This document shows positions 24,249 to 32,265 of a DNA stretch of 64,000 nucleotides, piece by piece. Both the position numbers and the translations under genes were made by a program. Each line of letters begins with the position of its first letter. The stretch's first letter is position 1. Location of the stretch: the NCBI GenBank assembly GCA_965230185.1, contig OZ245995.1:1849583-1913582 (forward strand). Reading direction: 5' to 3'. Source of the stretch: Motiliproteus sp. GTDB lineage: Bacteria > Pseudomonadota > Gammaproteobacteria > Pseudomonadales > Balneatricaceae. Under the pieces are notes generated by a model. That model saw only the letters and a program-made list of their open reading frames with translations. It had not been told where the DNA came from and searched no databases.

Positions 24249-24509
24249 ATGACCGCAGCCGTCCCCATGAAACAGCCGATGACCCTGATCGATCTGCCGA
24301 TCAATAAGGAACTGGACCAGAGTGCCATGAAGCAGCTGGCCGGTGGTCACACCGCCGGAACCACGGTGAGTTATTCCTATTACACCACCATCCAGACCCA
24401 GTCGATCGGTTTCCTTAAGCGTCACCGTCGTAAGTATCACCACACTCGCAGAACCGTTCAGCGCTGGCACACTTACGGTCGTTGGGGCCGCTGGCACTTC
24501 CACCTGTAA
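24249..24509 (+). CDS. 86-aa double-glycine-leader cationic peptide precursor, copy D
   Basis: This copy has the same protein, with two synonymous differences from copy A that are shared with copy C. Confidence 0.85.
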   Translation: MTAAVPMKQPMTLIDLPINKELDQSAMKQLAGGHTAGTTVSYSYYTTIQTQSIGFLKRHRRKYHHTRRTVQRWHTYGRWGRWHFHL

Positions 24510-24558
24510 TTGACAGGTACCGCAGGCAGTAAGCTCTGAGAGCGATCTGCACTGACAG

Positions 24559-24582
24559 AAAAGGGGCTTCGGCCCCTTTTTT
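24559..24582 (+). terminator. Intrinsic terminator of copy D
   Basis: GGGGC-TTCG-GCCCC followed by TTTTTT. Confidence 0.85.
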
Positions 24583-24746
24583 GATATCCCCACCGCTGAT
24601 CCGATCTCCTCCTGTCGATTATTGTCCCTACCCATAATCCGATGACCTACAGTCGGTTGTTATCCCTGTCGATGTCCCGCTCCTGGTCTGTCGATTCTGA
24701 GACAGGCCCCGCCAGTCCCTTCAGTGTCAGCCGGCCCTGAACAGGG

Positions 24747-25358
24747 TCAGGATATGGCCGATAACAGGAAATCAACGGTATTTCTTGCATGCACCTCAAT
24801 CTGTTGATCATCAGGCCTTTCCATCCCAATCAGTACAGCACCGCGATGGGCAAGTAACATCGCCGTCCACAACCGCACCGTGGTTTTGACGTCCCTGACA
24901 TTCAGTCTTTCCGAGAAAAACTCTGACAGTTTCTCATCCGTCTCATCTGGTCCGACGGCGCAGAAGCTGCGGGTCATCTCCGGAGCTTTGGCGCCTTCAG
25001 CAACCAGTAGCCTGTAGGTGGCCAGATGCTCGTCCGACAGATGGGCCCGGATGAAGTCCCGGGCAAATTTATACAGGGCCTGTTCCGTATCGGTATCCTG
25101 CAGGTGCGCAAGAAAACTCATCTCCGAGCTTTCGCCCATCTGCTGAAGGGTTGCTCTGAAAAGATCTGATTTGGACGGGAAATACCGGTAAATGGTCTGC
25201 TTTGTCACCTTCGCCTGAACGGCAATTCTGTCCATACTGGCGAGTACATAGCCATCGGACAGGAAAACCCCCTGTGCCGCCTGCAGAATGGCCTGTCGCT
25301 TTCTCTCTTTGTTCTGCTCTATTTTGCTCACGCGCTCTGGTCCATCAATATTTATCAT
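24747..25358 (-). CDS. TetR/AcrR family transcriptional regulator
   Basis: The HTH is KRQAILQAAQGVFLSDGYVLASMDRIAVQAKVTKQTIYRYFPSKSDLF. The start is placed at the internal ATG 25358, and the longer ORF would run through the operator region. Confidence 0.8.
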   Translation of the reverse strand: MINIDGPERVSKIEQNKERKRQAILQAAQGVFLSDGYVLASMDRIAVQAKVTKQTIYRYFPSKSDLFRATLQQMGESSEMSFLAHLQDTDTEQALYKFARDFIRAHLSDEHLATYRLLVAEGAKAPEMTRSFCAVGPDETDEKLSEFFSERLNVRDVKTTVRLWTAMLLAHRGAVLIGMERPDDQQIEVHARNTVDFLLSAIS

Positions 25359-25373
25359 ACCCGATAGTATGAT
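25354..25373. promoter_or_regulatory. Palindromic operator 2 (ATCATAC-N6-GTATGAT)
   Basis: The sequence ATCATACCCGATAGTATGAT overlaps the proposed TetR start codon. Confidence 0.55.
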
Positions 25374-25401
25374 TTTGTTGACATGGCTGCAAACTCGAAT
25401 A

Positions 25402-25421
25402 ATCATACTGGCCAGTATGAT
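25402..25421. promoter_or_regulatory. Palindromic operator 1 (perfect 20-bp palindrome)
   Basis: The sequence ATCATACTGGCCAGTATGAT lies 18 nt upstream of the DMT transporter ATG and has the same half-sites as operator 2. Confidence 0.6.
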
Positions 25422-25438
25422 TTAATTGAGAGGCAATC

Positions 25439-26362
25439 ATGTCAAACCCGATTACGAAATCCATCAGCCAGAAAAGCACTCGCACGGCTGGCGTTCTCAT
25501 CGCTCTGTTGGGTGCATTACTTATGAGTTTCGATCCCGTCTTTATCAGGTTCTCCGGTGTCAGTGGATTCGACACGGCCTTCCTGTTTGGTCTGTTTACA
25601 GCCATCTCCATGCCTGTTTTTATTCAGCTTCGCGATGAGCGGGGGCTGGTTAAGACCCTTAAAGCCAGTGGATGGCCTGTGCTGCTTTCAGGGGTTCTGA
25701 TGCTTGGAAGTGCTTCGGCGCTGGTGCTGAGTATCAAGAACACCTCGATCGCTAATACCTTTATCATACTCAGTGGCTCGCCGGCTCTGGCAGCGGTATT
25801 CAGCTGGTTATTTCTGGGGGAGGTCACGAAACGCTCCACCTGGTTCGCTATCGCTTCGGTCATGATCGGTATTGCTGTCGTGGTATCCGGATCATTTGAA
25901 ACCGGGAACTGGCTGGGTGACGCGCTCGCTGTTTTTGCTGTTACCTGCCTGTCCCTGAATCAGACGCTGTTGCGCAGGTATCAGGATGTGAGCCGCATGG
26001 CCAGCGTGGGCTTTGGCGGATTGTTCCTGGCCATCGTAATGTTCTTCCTGGCAGCCCCCTCGACCTTCAGTGTCGGCACCTGGGTCATTATGGCCGTGAT
26101 GGGGCTGTTTACCGCGCCGTTCGGCCGGGTCATGTCGCAGGTAGCGACCCGTTACATCACCGCGCCGGAAGTGGGTCTGATCCTGATGATTGAAGCGGTT
26201 TTTGCTCCTCTCTGGGGGTTTGGCTTTTTTGGAGAAATTCCGCCGGTGGCAAGCCTTATCGGCGGGATGATCATTCTGGGTACGATCCTGCTGTACGCCA
26301 TCTCAACGGTCAGACAGGATCGGTCAGCACAGAAAGGAGAGGTAATATGTCAGCAGAATTAA
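25439..26362 (+). CDS. DMT superfamily (EamA-like) transporter
   Basis: This 307-aa polytopic hydrophobic protein has two EamA-like halves. A GAGAGG Shine-Dalgarno site lies upstream. Confidence 0.8.
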   Translation: MSNPITKSISQKSTRTAGVLIALLGALLMSFDPVFIRFSGVSGFDTAFLFGLFTAISMPVFIQLRDERGLVKTLKASGWPVLLSGVLMLGSASALVLSIKNTSIANTFIILSGSPALAAVFSWLFLGEVTKRSTWFAIASVMIGIAVVVSGSFETGNWLGDALAVFAVTCLSLNQTLLRRYQDVSRMASVGFGGLFLAIVMFFLAAPSTFSVGTWVIMAVMGLFTAPFGRVMSQVATRYITAPEVGLILMIEAVFAPLWGFGFFGEIPPVASLIGGMIILGTILLYAISTVRQDRSAQKGEVICQQN

Positions 26363-26751
26363 AATTTATCGGACATATCAGAACGCCCTACAGGACGATT
26401 GAGGATTGTCCGAATAATATTCAGTCCGGAGGACCGCTCTGTCATCTCAGGCTGAATCAGGAATATCAGGATGAGCTGGCCGGTCTCAGCGAAGGGCAGA
26501 GCATTCTGATTCTTTACTGGCTGGGGAATTCCGACCGCATATTGGCGGGACAGAGGGTGGAATCGGATGAAGAGGGAACCGGAACATTCGCACTGCGCAC
26601 CCCCTTAAGGCCAAATCCGATCGGCGTCGCGGTGTTGCCCATCGAGCATATCGAAATCGGCCAGCTGACAGTCCGAGGGCTGGATTGTCTGGATAATACC
26701 GAGCTGCTCGATATTAAGCCTGCCATCTACCGGGAGGCCGCAGGTCACTGA
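26347..26751 (+). CDS. TsaA/TrmO-like (YaeB/UPF0066) SAM-dependent methyltransferase domain protein
   Basis: This 134-aa ORF contains IGHIRTPY...DCPNN...RTPLRPNPIGV...LDCLDNTELLDIKP. It overlaps the DMT gene by 16 nt, consistent with an operon. Confidence 0.75.
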   Translation: MSAELKFIGHIRTPYRTIEDCPNNIQSGGPLCHLRLNQEYQDELAGLSEGQSILILYWLGNSDRILAGQRVESDEEGTGTFALRTPLRPNPIGVAVLPIEHIEIGQLTVRGLDCLDNTELLDIKPAIYREAAGH

Positions 26752-27476
26752 GTCCTGCGCTCCGGGAACTGCCTGGTTTTATCCTTAAAGATCGATCCTG
26801 TACCGAGCAGAAAATCCGGCGGATTCTTATTGCTCCCCGGTCGGTTCCGGTCTTTCCGGTGCGCTTTTTCTGCTCCTTTTGTGCGGCGCAAAGCTGGTAC
26901 CAGCCGGGTAATCTGTGCTGGTACCAGAGCCAGCTGTTTCTTCCTCGAAAATCCTGCTGTCCTGCCCCCAGGCCAGAGAACACAGGGATCCCAGTTGGAA
27001 CCATAAAAAGGGTTGTCGTTGGGTCTATAGGCTTTTTTCACCCCTGGCCTATAGTCGATATCAAGTTAACGAGGCCCCGGACGGGAAGCCAGCCTGACAG
27101 AAAAATAATAAGCGGGTGAATGCAATGTCTCTTAAAAGTCTCATGACCGATCAGCAGCCGAACTGTCGCCGGAGTAATACTGCTTCGATCCGCGAAGCAG
27201 AACCTGTGACGCCGATCGTTATCCCCGGGGTGGTGACAGCTCCTCCTCCACCAACCTGATCGATCCGGTCGGGTGGGGTGTCAGCTTTTTGAACTGATTA
27301 TCAGCGCCTGAATCAGTTACCAGAATTTCATCTTTTCAGTATGCGAGCAGCTCTGCCTTGCAGGGACCGGGCTGTCCTGAGCACAGGGCAGGACGGGCGC
27401 GGAGGATCGCGATCCGGCAATGCTGAAACCCATGAATACAAACACAACAGCCAATGCGGAAAGAGGTTACTCCGTG

Positions 27477-28577
27477 ATGAACGCAGAAAATAATAATCAG
27501 TATGTTCGTTTCATCAACGTCAAGAAGAGCTACGACCAGAAAAATCTGGTGGTTAAAAACTTCAATCTGGACATCAAAAAAGGGGAGTTTGTCACCCTGC
27601 TGGGTCCTTCCGGTTCCGGCAAAACCACCTGCCTGATGATGCTGGCCGGTTTCGAGGATGTTACCAGCGGCAGCATTCTGGTAAACGGCCAGCCGGTCAC
27701 TGATGTTGCGCCCTACCATCGCAATATCGGCATGGTGTTTCAGCACTATGCGCTGTTTCCCCATATGACCATCGGTGAAAACCTCGCTTACCCGTTGCGG
27801 GTTCGCAAGATGCCGGCGGATCAGGTCGATCGTAAAGTCAAAGAGTCGCTGGGGCTGGTAGAGCTGGCTGATTTCAGGAACCGCTACCCGGGTCAGCTGT
27901 CCGGCGGCCAGAAGCAACGGGTGGCGCTGGCCCGTTCGCTGATTTTTGAACCCAGTATCGTCCTGATGGATGAGCCGCTGGGGGCGCTGGACAAAAATCT
28001 GCGGGAGCAGATGCAGTTCGAAATTAAGCGACTGCACGAGGATCTGGGATTCACCGCCATCTATGTAACCCACGACCAGACTGAAGCGCTGACTATGTCC
28101 GACCGTATTGCCGTATTTAACAATGGGGTGGTGCAGCAGTGTGCGGCACCTGATGTGCTCTATGAGCAGCCGGCCAACTCTTTCGTTGCCGACTTTATCG
28201 GCGAGAACAACCATATCCCCGGTACTGTTAAGTCGGTTCAACAGGGGGTGGCCCATATTGAACTGCCGGACGGTACCACCGCCACCTCGGTCGATATGAA
28301 CTGCCCGCCGCCGGGAGATCCCTGTGTACTGGCGATTCGCCCGGAGAATCTGTTTATCGCCAGCGATAAGCATCAGTTCGACAACGCTATCGAGGCTTCC
28401 TTTATCACCCGACTCTACGTCGGCGATTCTATCCGCTACTTCTTCAGGCTGGGATGTGGTTCGGAACTGATGATCAAGGCCATGAATGATCATGAGGCAC
28501 CGGAGATTCCGGCCGGAGCCCGAACCCGGCTGACCTGGGGCACGGAAGGCGGGCTGGCACTGGATCGTCCGGCCTGA
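27477..28577 (+). CDS. ABC transporter ATP-binding protein (PotA-like)
   Basis: It has Walker A (GPSGSGKTT), the signature LSGGQKQR and Walker B (VLMDEP), plus a C-terminal TOBE-like region. The start is uncertain between 27420, 27432 and 27477. ATG 27477 has a GAGG site 10 nt upstream. Confidence 0.85.
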   Translation: MNAENNNQYVRFINVKKSYDQKNLVVKNFNLDIKKGEFVTLLGPSGSGKTTCLMMLAGFEDVTSGSILVNGQPVTDVAPYHRNIGMVFQHYALFPHMTIGENLAYPLRVRKMPADQVDRKVKESLGLVELADFRNRYPGQLSGGQKQRVALARSLIFEPSIVLMDEPLGALDKNLREQMQFEIKRLHEDLGFTAIYVTHDQTEALTMSDRIAVFNNGVVQQCAAPDVLYEQPANSFVADFIGENNHIPGTVKSVQQGVAHIELPDGTTATSVDMNCPPPGDPCVLAIRPENLFIASDKHQFDNAIEASFITRLYVGDSIRYFFRLGCGSELMIKAMNDHEAPEIPAGARTRLTWGTEGGLALDRPA

Positions 28578-28699
28578 CTCGGGGCGTCACGATTTGCAAT
28601 AACCGAAGACCAGAAGCGCAAACACAGTTGTATTGCCTTACTCAAACCGAATGGTTCTCCGGAGCCGTTCAGATATCGTCCGTAAGAGGAAAAATAACA

Positions 28700-29755
28700 A
28701 TGAGAAAACTCAAGCGAATTGGTGCTGCTCTCGCACTGTCCACAGCCATCTCTCCGGCATTTGCGGATCAGCTGACTGCTGTCTCCTTTGGTGGTGCCTA
28801 CGGTGCCGCTCAGCAGAAGCACATGCTGGACCCCTTTATGGAGAAGACCGGCCATAAGATTCTGTTCGAAAATTATTCCGGTGGCATCGCCGAAATCAAA
28901 GCGCAGGTGGAGAGCGGCAACATTCTCTGGGATGTGGTTGATGTGGAAGTGATCGATCTGGAGCGGGCCTGCTCCGAAGGACTGTTAGAGGTGTTCCCGC
29001 AGGATACCCTGCCGCCCGGCGACAACGGGGTACCGGCCAGGGAGGACTTCGGTGCCGAGGCGCTGGCCAACGAATGCGGCGTAGGTAACATCATCTGGAC
29101 CATCCTGTTCTCTTACAACAATGACACCATTCAGGGCGGCAAGCCGGCCCGGGTGGCGGACTTCTTCAATACCGGCAAGTTCCCCGGTAAGCGCGCCCTG
29201 CGTAAGCGTCCTCAGGTCAATATGGAGTGGGCGCTGATCGCCGACGGTGTACCGAAGGAGCAGGTTTACGATGTACTGGCCACCGACGAAGGCCAGGCTC
29301 GCGCCTTTGCCAAGCTGGATACCATCAAGAACGATCTGGTCTGGTTCGACAGCTGGTCGCAGGCACCGCAGTTGCTGAACGACGGTGGTGCCGTGATGGT
29401 GCAGTCCGCCAACGGCCGTATCTTCGATGCCATTCAGAAGGACAACAAGCCCTTCGAGATGGTCTGGGATGCCCACGTATACGATCTGGATGTCTGGGCC
29501 ATCGTTAAGGGATCGAAGAAGAAAGCGCTGGCTGAGGAATTCATCCGCTTTGCCACCAGCTCGAAGCCGGAAGCGGGCATGCAGGATGTGGCCTATGGTC
29601 CGACTCGTCGCTCCTCCTATGCCTACGTCGACAAAAATGTCATCCCCAAACTGCCTTCCGCGCACCTGGATGAGGGGCTGAAAGCATCCGGTGAGTTCTG
29701 GGCAGACTACGGCGAATCCCTCGGTGAGAAGTTCAACGAATGGCTGCTGCAGTAG
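28700..29755 (+). CDS. Periplasmic solute-binding protein (PotD/PotF family)
   Basis: From ATG 28700 the product has a signal peptide, MRKLKRIGAALALSTAISPAFA. An AGAGGA Shine-Dalgarno site lies upstream. Confidence 0.8.
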   Translation: MRKLKRIGAALALSTAISPAFADQLTAVSFGGAYGAAQQKHMLDPFMEKTGHKILFENYSGGIAEIKAQVESGNILWDVVDVEVIDLERACSEGLLEVFPQDTLPPGDNGVPAREDFGAEALANECGVGNIIWTILFSYNNDTIQGGKPARVADFFNTGKFPGKRALRKRPQVNMEWALIADGVPKEQVYDVLATDEGQARAFAKLDTIKNDLVWFDSWSQAPQLLNDGGAVMVQSANGRIFDAIQKDNKPFEMVWDAHVYDLDVWAIVKGSKKKALAEEFIRFATSSKPEAGMQDVAYGPTRRSSYAYVDKNVIPKLPSAHLDEGLKASGEFWADYGESLGEKFNEWLLQ

Positions 29756-29935
29756 CCTGAATGACAAAGCCTGCGCGGGCTGCAGGCAGATCGCAGCCCG
29801 CCGGGAATAAACCGAGCACTCCGCCCTCTGTGGGACCTCAGGCTTACTGAGGGTGGAACCTGTAAGTTTCGAGCGCCGATTTTGATTGCTGCTGCGATCG
29901 GAGGCCGCGTTCATCGGAAGTGAGGGGCAGTTTCT

Positions 29936-31252
29936 ATGTCTCAGTTAGAACTCACCGCAGATCAGGTGGTTAATTCGGGGAGCCGCGATGATCGTTCATC
30001 GTCACCGGGGGATGATCAGATGACGCTGACGGCCGCGGAAATCGCTCAGAGCCGCAAAAACCAGCGTCGTCGTAAGCTCATCGCCGCCCTGTTTGTGACT
30101 CCGCTGATGCTGTTTGTGCTGATTGCCTTCGTGGCACCTATCGGCACCATGCTTTACCGAAGCGTCTACCATCCGACGGTAGCGCAGCTGATACCGGATA
30201 CCCTGCAGGGCCTGTCCGGCTGGGAAGAGACCTCTGATGTCCGCCCCGATGATGCCGTACTGAACGCCTTTGCTGTTGAACTGCAGAAACTGGCGAAAGA
30301 GCGTCGGGCCGGCAAGCTGGCCGAAGAGATCAATCGCTCACGTCCCGGCAGTTCCAGTCTGATCAAATCGTCGGCCCGAAAACTGAAGAAGATGGACAGC
30401 GCGCTGCTGGCCTCGGCCGGTGCCGAACAGCTGCTGAAGCTCAAACCGCAGTGGCAGGAGGTGGAGCTGTGGCGGGTGATCAAACGCTCCGGTGTCACCA
30501 TTACCGATAAGTTCTATCTGACCGCGCTGGATCTGACCCGTGACGATGCCGGTGAGATCGCCTCCCGGAACCCCAGTATCTACCTGAAGCTGTACTGGAA
30601 AAGCCTGAAAATCGCGCTGCTGATTACTCTGCTGACAGCGGTGATCGGATTCCCGCTCTCCTACTACCTGGCGACGGCGCCGGCAAAGACCGCCAATACC
30701 CTGATGGTGTTTGTGCTGCTGCCGTTCTGGACCTCGCTGCTGGTGCGGACCACCTCCTGGATCGCGTTGCTGCAGACCAATGGGGTGATTAACTCCTTCC
30801 TGCAGTCGATTCATGTCATCACCGAACCGATCGAGATGCTCTATACCCAGTTCTCGACGGTGATTGCCATGACCCACATCTTGCTGCCCTTTATGATCCT
30901 GCCGCTGTACAGCGTGATGAAGGGGATCGATCCCAGTTATTTCCGGGCGGCACTGTCGCTGGGGGCGAAACCGATTCCAGCCTTCGTGCGAATCTATATG
31001 CCGATGACCCTGCCGGGGATGAGTGCAGGGGCGCTGCTGGTTTTCATTATCTCCATCGGTTACTACATCACGCCGGCCCTGGTGGGCGGTACCGACGGTC
31101 AGATGATCAGTAACATCATCGCCTTCCATATGCAGTCTTCCAACAACTGGGAACTGGCGGCGGCACTGGGATCACTGCTGCTGGCGCTGATCACGCTGCT
31201 CTACTGGATTTACGACCGCACCGTCGGTGTCAGCAATATTAAGTTGGGGTAA
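29936..31252 (+). CDS. ABC transporter permease (PotB-like, with a ~150-aa insertion after TM1)
   Basis: This 438-aa ORF has a BPD_transp_1-type core with an EAA-like loop (FRAALSLGAKP). Confidence 0.8.
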   Translation: MSQLELTADQVVNSGSRDDRSSSPGDDQMTLTAAEIAQSRKNQRRRKLIAALFVTPLMLFVLIAFVAPIGTMLYRSVYHPTVAQLIPDTLQGLSGWEETSDVRPDDAVLNAFAVELQKLAKERRAGKLAEEINRSRPGSSSLIKSSARKLKKMDSALLASAGAEQLLKLKPQWQEVELWRVIKRSGVTITDKFYLTALDLTRDDAGEIASRNPSIYLKLYWKSLKIALLITLLTAVIGFPLSYYLATAPAKTANTLMVFVLLPFWTSLLVRTTSWIALLQTNGVINSFLQSIHVITEPIEMLYTQFSTVIAMTHILLPFMILPLYSVMKGIDPSYFRAALSLGAKPIPAFVRIYMPMTLPGMSAGALLVFIISIGYYITPALVGGTDGQMISNIIAFHMQSSNNWELAAALGSLLLALITLLYWIYDRTVGVSNIKLG

Positions 31253-31256
31253 GCCG

Positions 31257-32105
31257 ATGAATTTTCCAAAGTATTTCACCATCTGGCAGAAACTCGGCAT
31301 GCACAGTCTGCGACTGACCGCCTGGTCGGTACTGGCCTTCCTGATGCTGCCGATCCTGGTAATTATACCGTTATCTTTTAACGCTGAGCCGTACTTCACC
31401 TTCACCCAGGGGATGCTGGCGCTGGATCCCGAAGCCTACTCACTGAAGTGGTATGAGGAGATCGTCAACGATGACAAGTGGATGCTGGCGATCAGGAACA
31501 GCTTCTACATCGGCATCTGTGCCACGGTGCTGGCGACGGTGCTGGGCACGCTGGCGGCGATCGGCCTCAGCAACCCGGTGATGCCGATGCAGCGGATGAT
31601 CATGGCGGTGCTGCTGTCACCGATGATCGTGCCACTGATTATCACCGCGGCCGGGATGTACTTCTTCTACACCCAGCTGGGGCTGTCGGGCAGCTATCTG
31701 GGAGTGATCATCGCCCACGCGGCGCTGGGAACGCCCTTCGTGATTATCACCGTCAATGCGGCGCTGTCGGGCTTCGATTACTCGTTGATGCGGGCCTCAC
31801 TGGGGCTGGGGGCGACGCCGGTGCAGACTTTCTTCAAAGTGATTATGCCGCTGATCCGACCGGGAGTGATCTCCGGTTCGCTGTTCGCCTTCGTCACCTC
31901 CTTCGATGAAGTGGTGATCATCCTGTTCCTGGCGGGACCTGAGCAGCGCACCATCCCACGGCAGATGTTCTCTGGCCTGCGGGAGCAGATCAATCCGACC
32001 ATCCTGGCGGTGGCGGTACTGCTGGTGGTGGTGTCGGCCCTGATGCTGCTGACCATTGAATACCTGCGAGCGCGCGGCGAGCGTATTCGTAGCGGCGAGG
32101 TGTAA
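31257..32105 (+). CDS. ABC transporter permease (PotC-like)
   Basis: The product is 282 aa from ATG 31257. It has the EAA-like loop MRASLGLGATPVQTFFKV. Confidence 0.8.
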   Translation: MNFPKYFTIWQKLGMHSLRLTAWSVLAFLMLPILVIIPLSFNAEPYFTFTQGMLALDPEAYSLKWYEEIVNDDKWMLAIRNSFYIGICATVLATVLGTLAAIGLSNPVMPMQRMIMAVLLSPMIVPLIITAAGMYFFYTQLGLSGSYLGVIIAHAALGTPFVIITVNAALSGFDYSLMRASLGLGATPVQTFFKVIMPLIRPGVISGSLFAFVTSFDEVVIILFLAGPEQRTIPRQMFSGLREQINPTILAVAVLLVVVSALMLLTIEYLRARGERIRSGEV

Positions 32106-32265
32106 GCGGTACCCGGAAATCCCCGGCAATCTTCTGGTGACACTGGCGTCAGGTCCGCCTTCGGGCGGTATCTGAGGCCGGAGGCCGGTCTGAAATCGCT
32201 GTATCAGTCATGACGAGTTAAAAGAAGTAATCGATAACGAATTGTTCCAATCGGAGTTTTAAGCA

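Larger units (their letters stand above)
19568..24582 (+). repeat. Tandem ~1.45-kb repeat (promoter-peptide gene-terminator-MITE-spacer), about 2.3 units, with the IS inserted in the second spacer
   Basis: The promoter-to-promoter distances are 1456 bp (B to C) and 3151 bp (C to D). The second distance becomes 1450 bp after removing the 1695-bp IS and the 6-bp duplication. Confidence 0.9.

Noticed and set aside
18712-24635. Antisense ORFs of 92-158 aa overlapping each peptide gene (for example 18712..19122, 19245..19721, 19618..19938, 21074..21352, 24225..24635).
   Set aside because: The inter-copy substitutions that are silent in the plus frame change amino acids in these frames. They lack ribosome-binding sites and run through the promoter or terminator of the plus-strand gene.
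26752-27476. A 700-bp gap before the ABC operon contains 86-98-aa ORFs, a 44-codon ORF at 27125 and two hairpins (GGTACCAGC...GCTGGTACC and CTATAGGC...GCCTATAG). It was considered as a possible riboswitch, sRNA or small genes.
   Set aside because: I could not recognise any riboswitch core. The ORFs lack start signals and have odd composition. The hairpins lack U-tracts. Nothing is specific enough to report.
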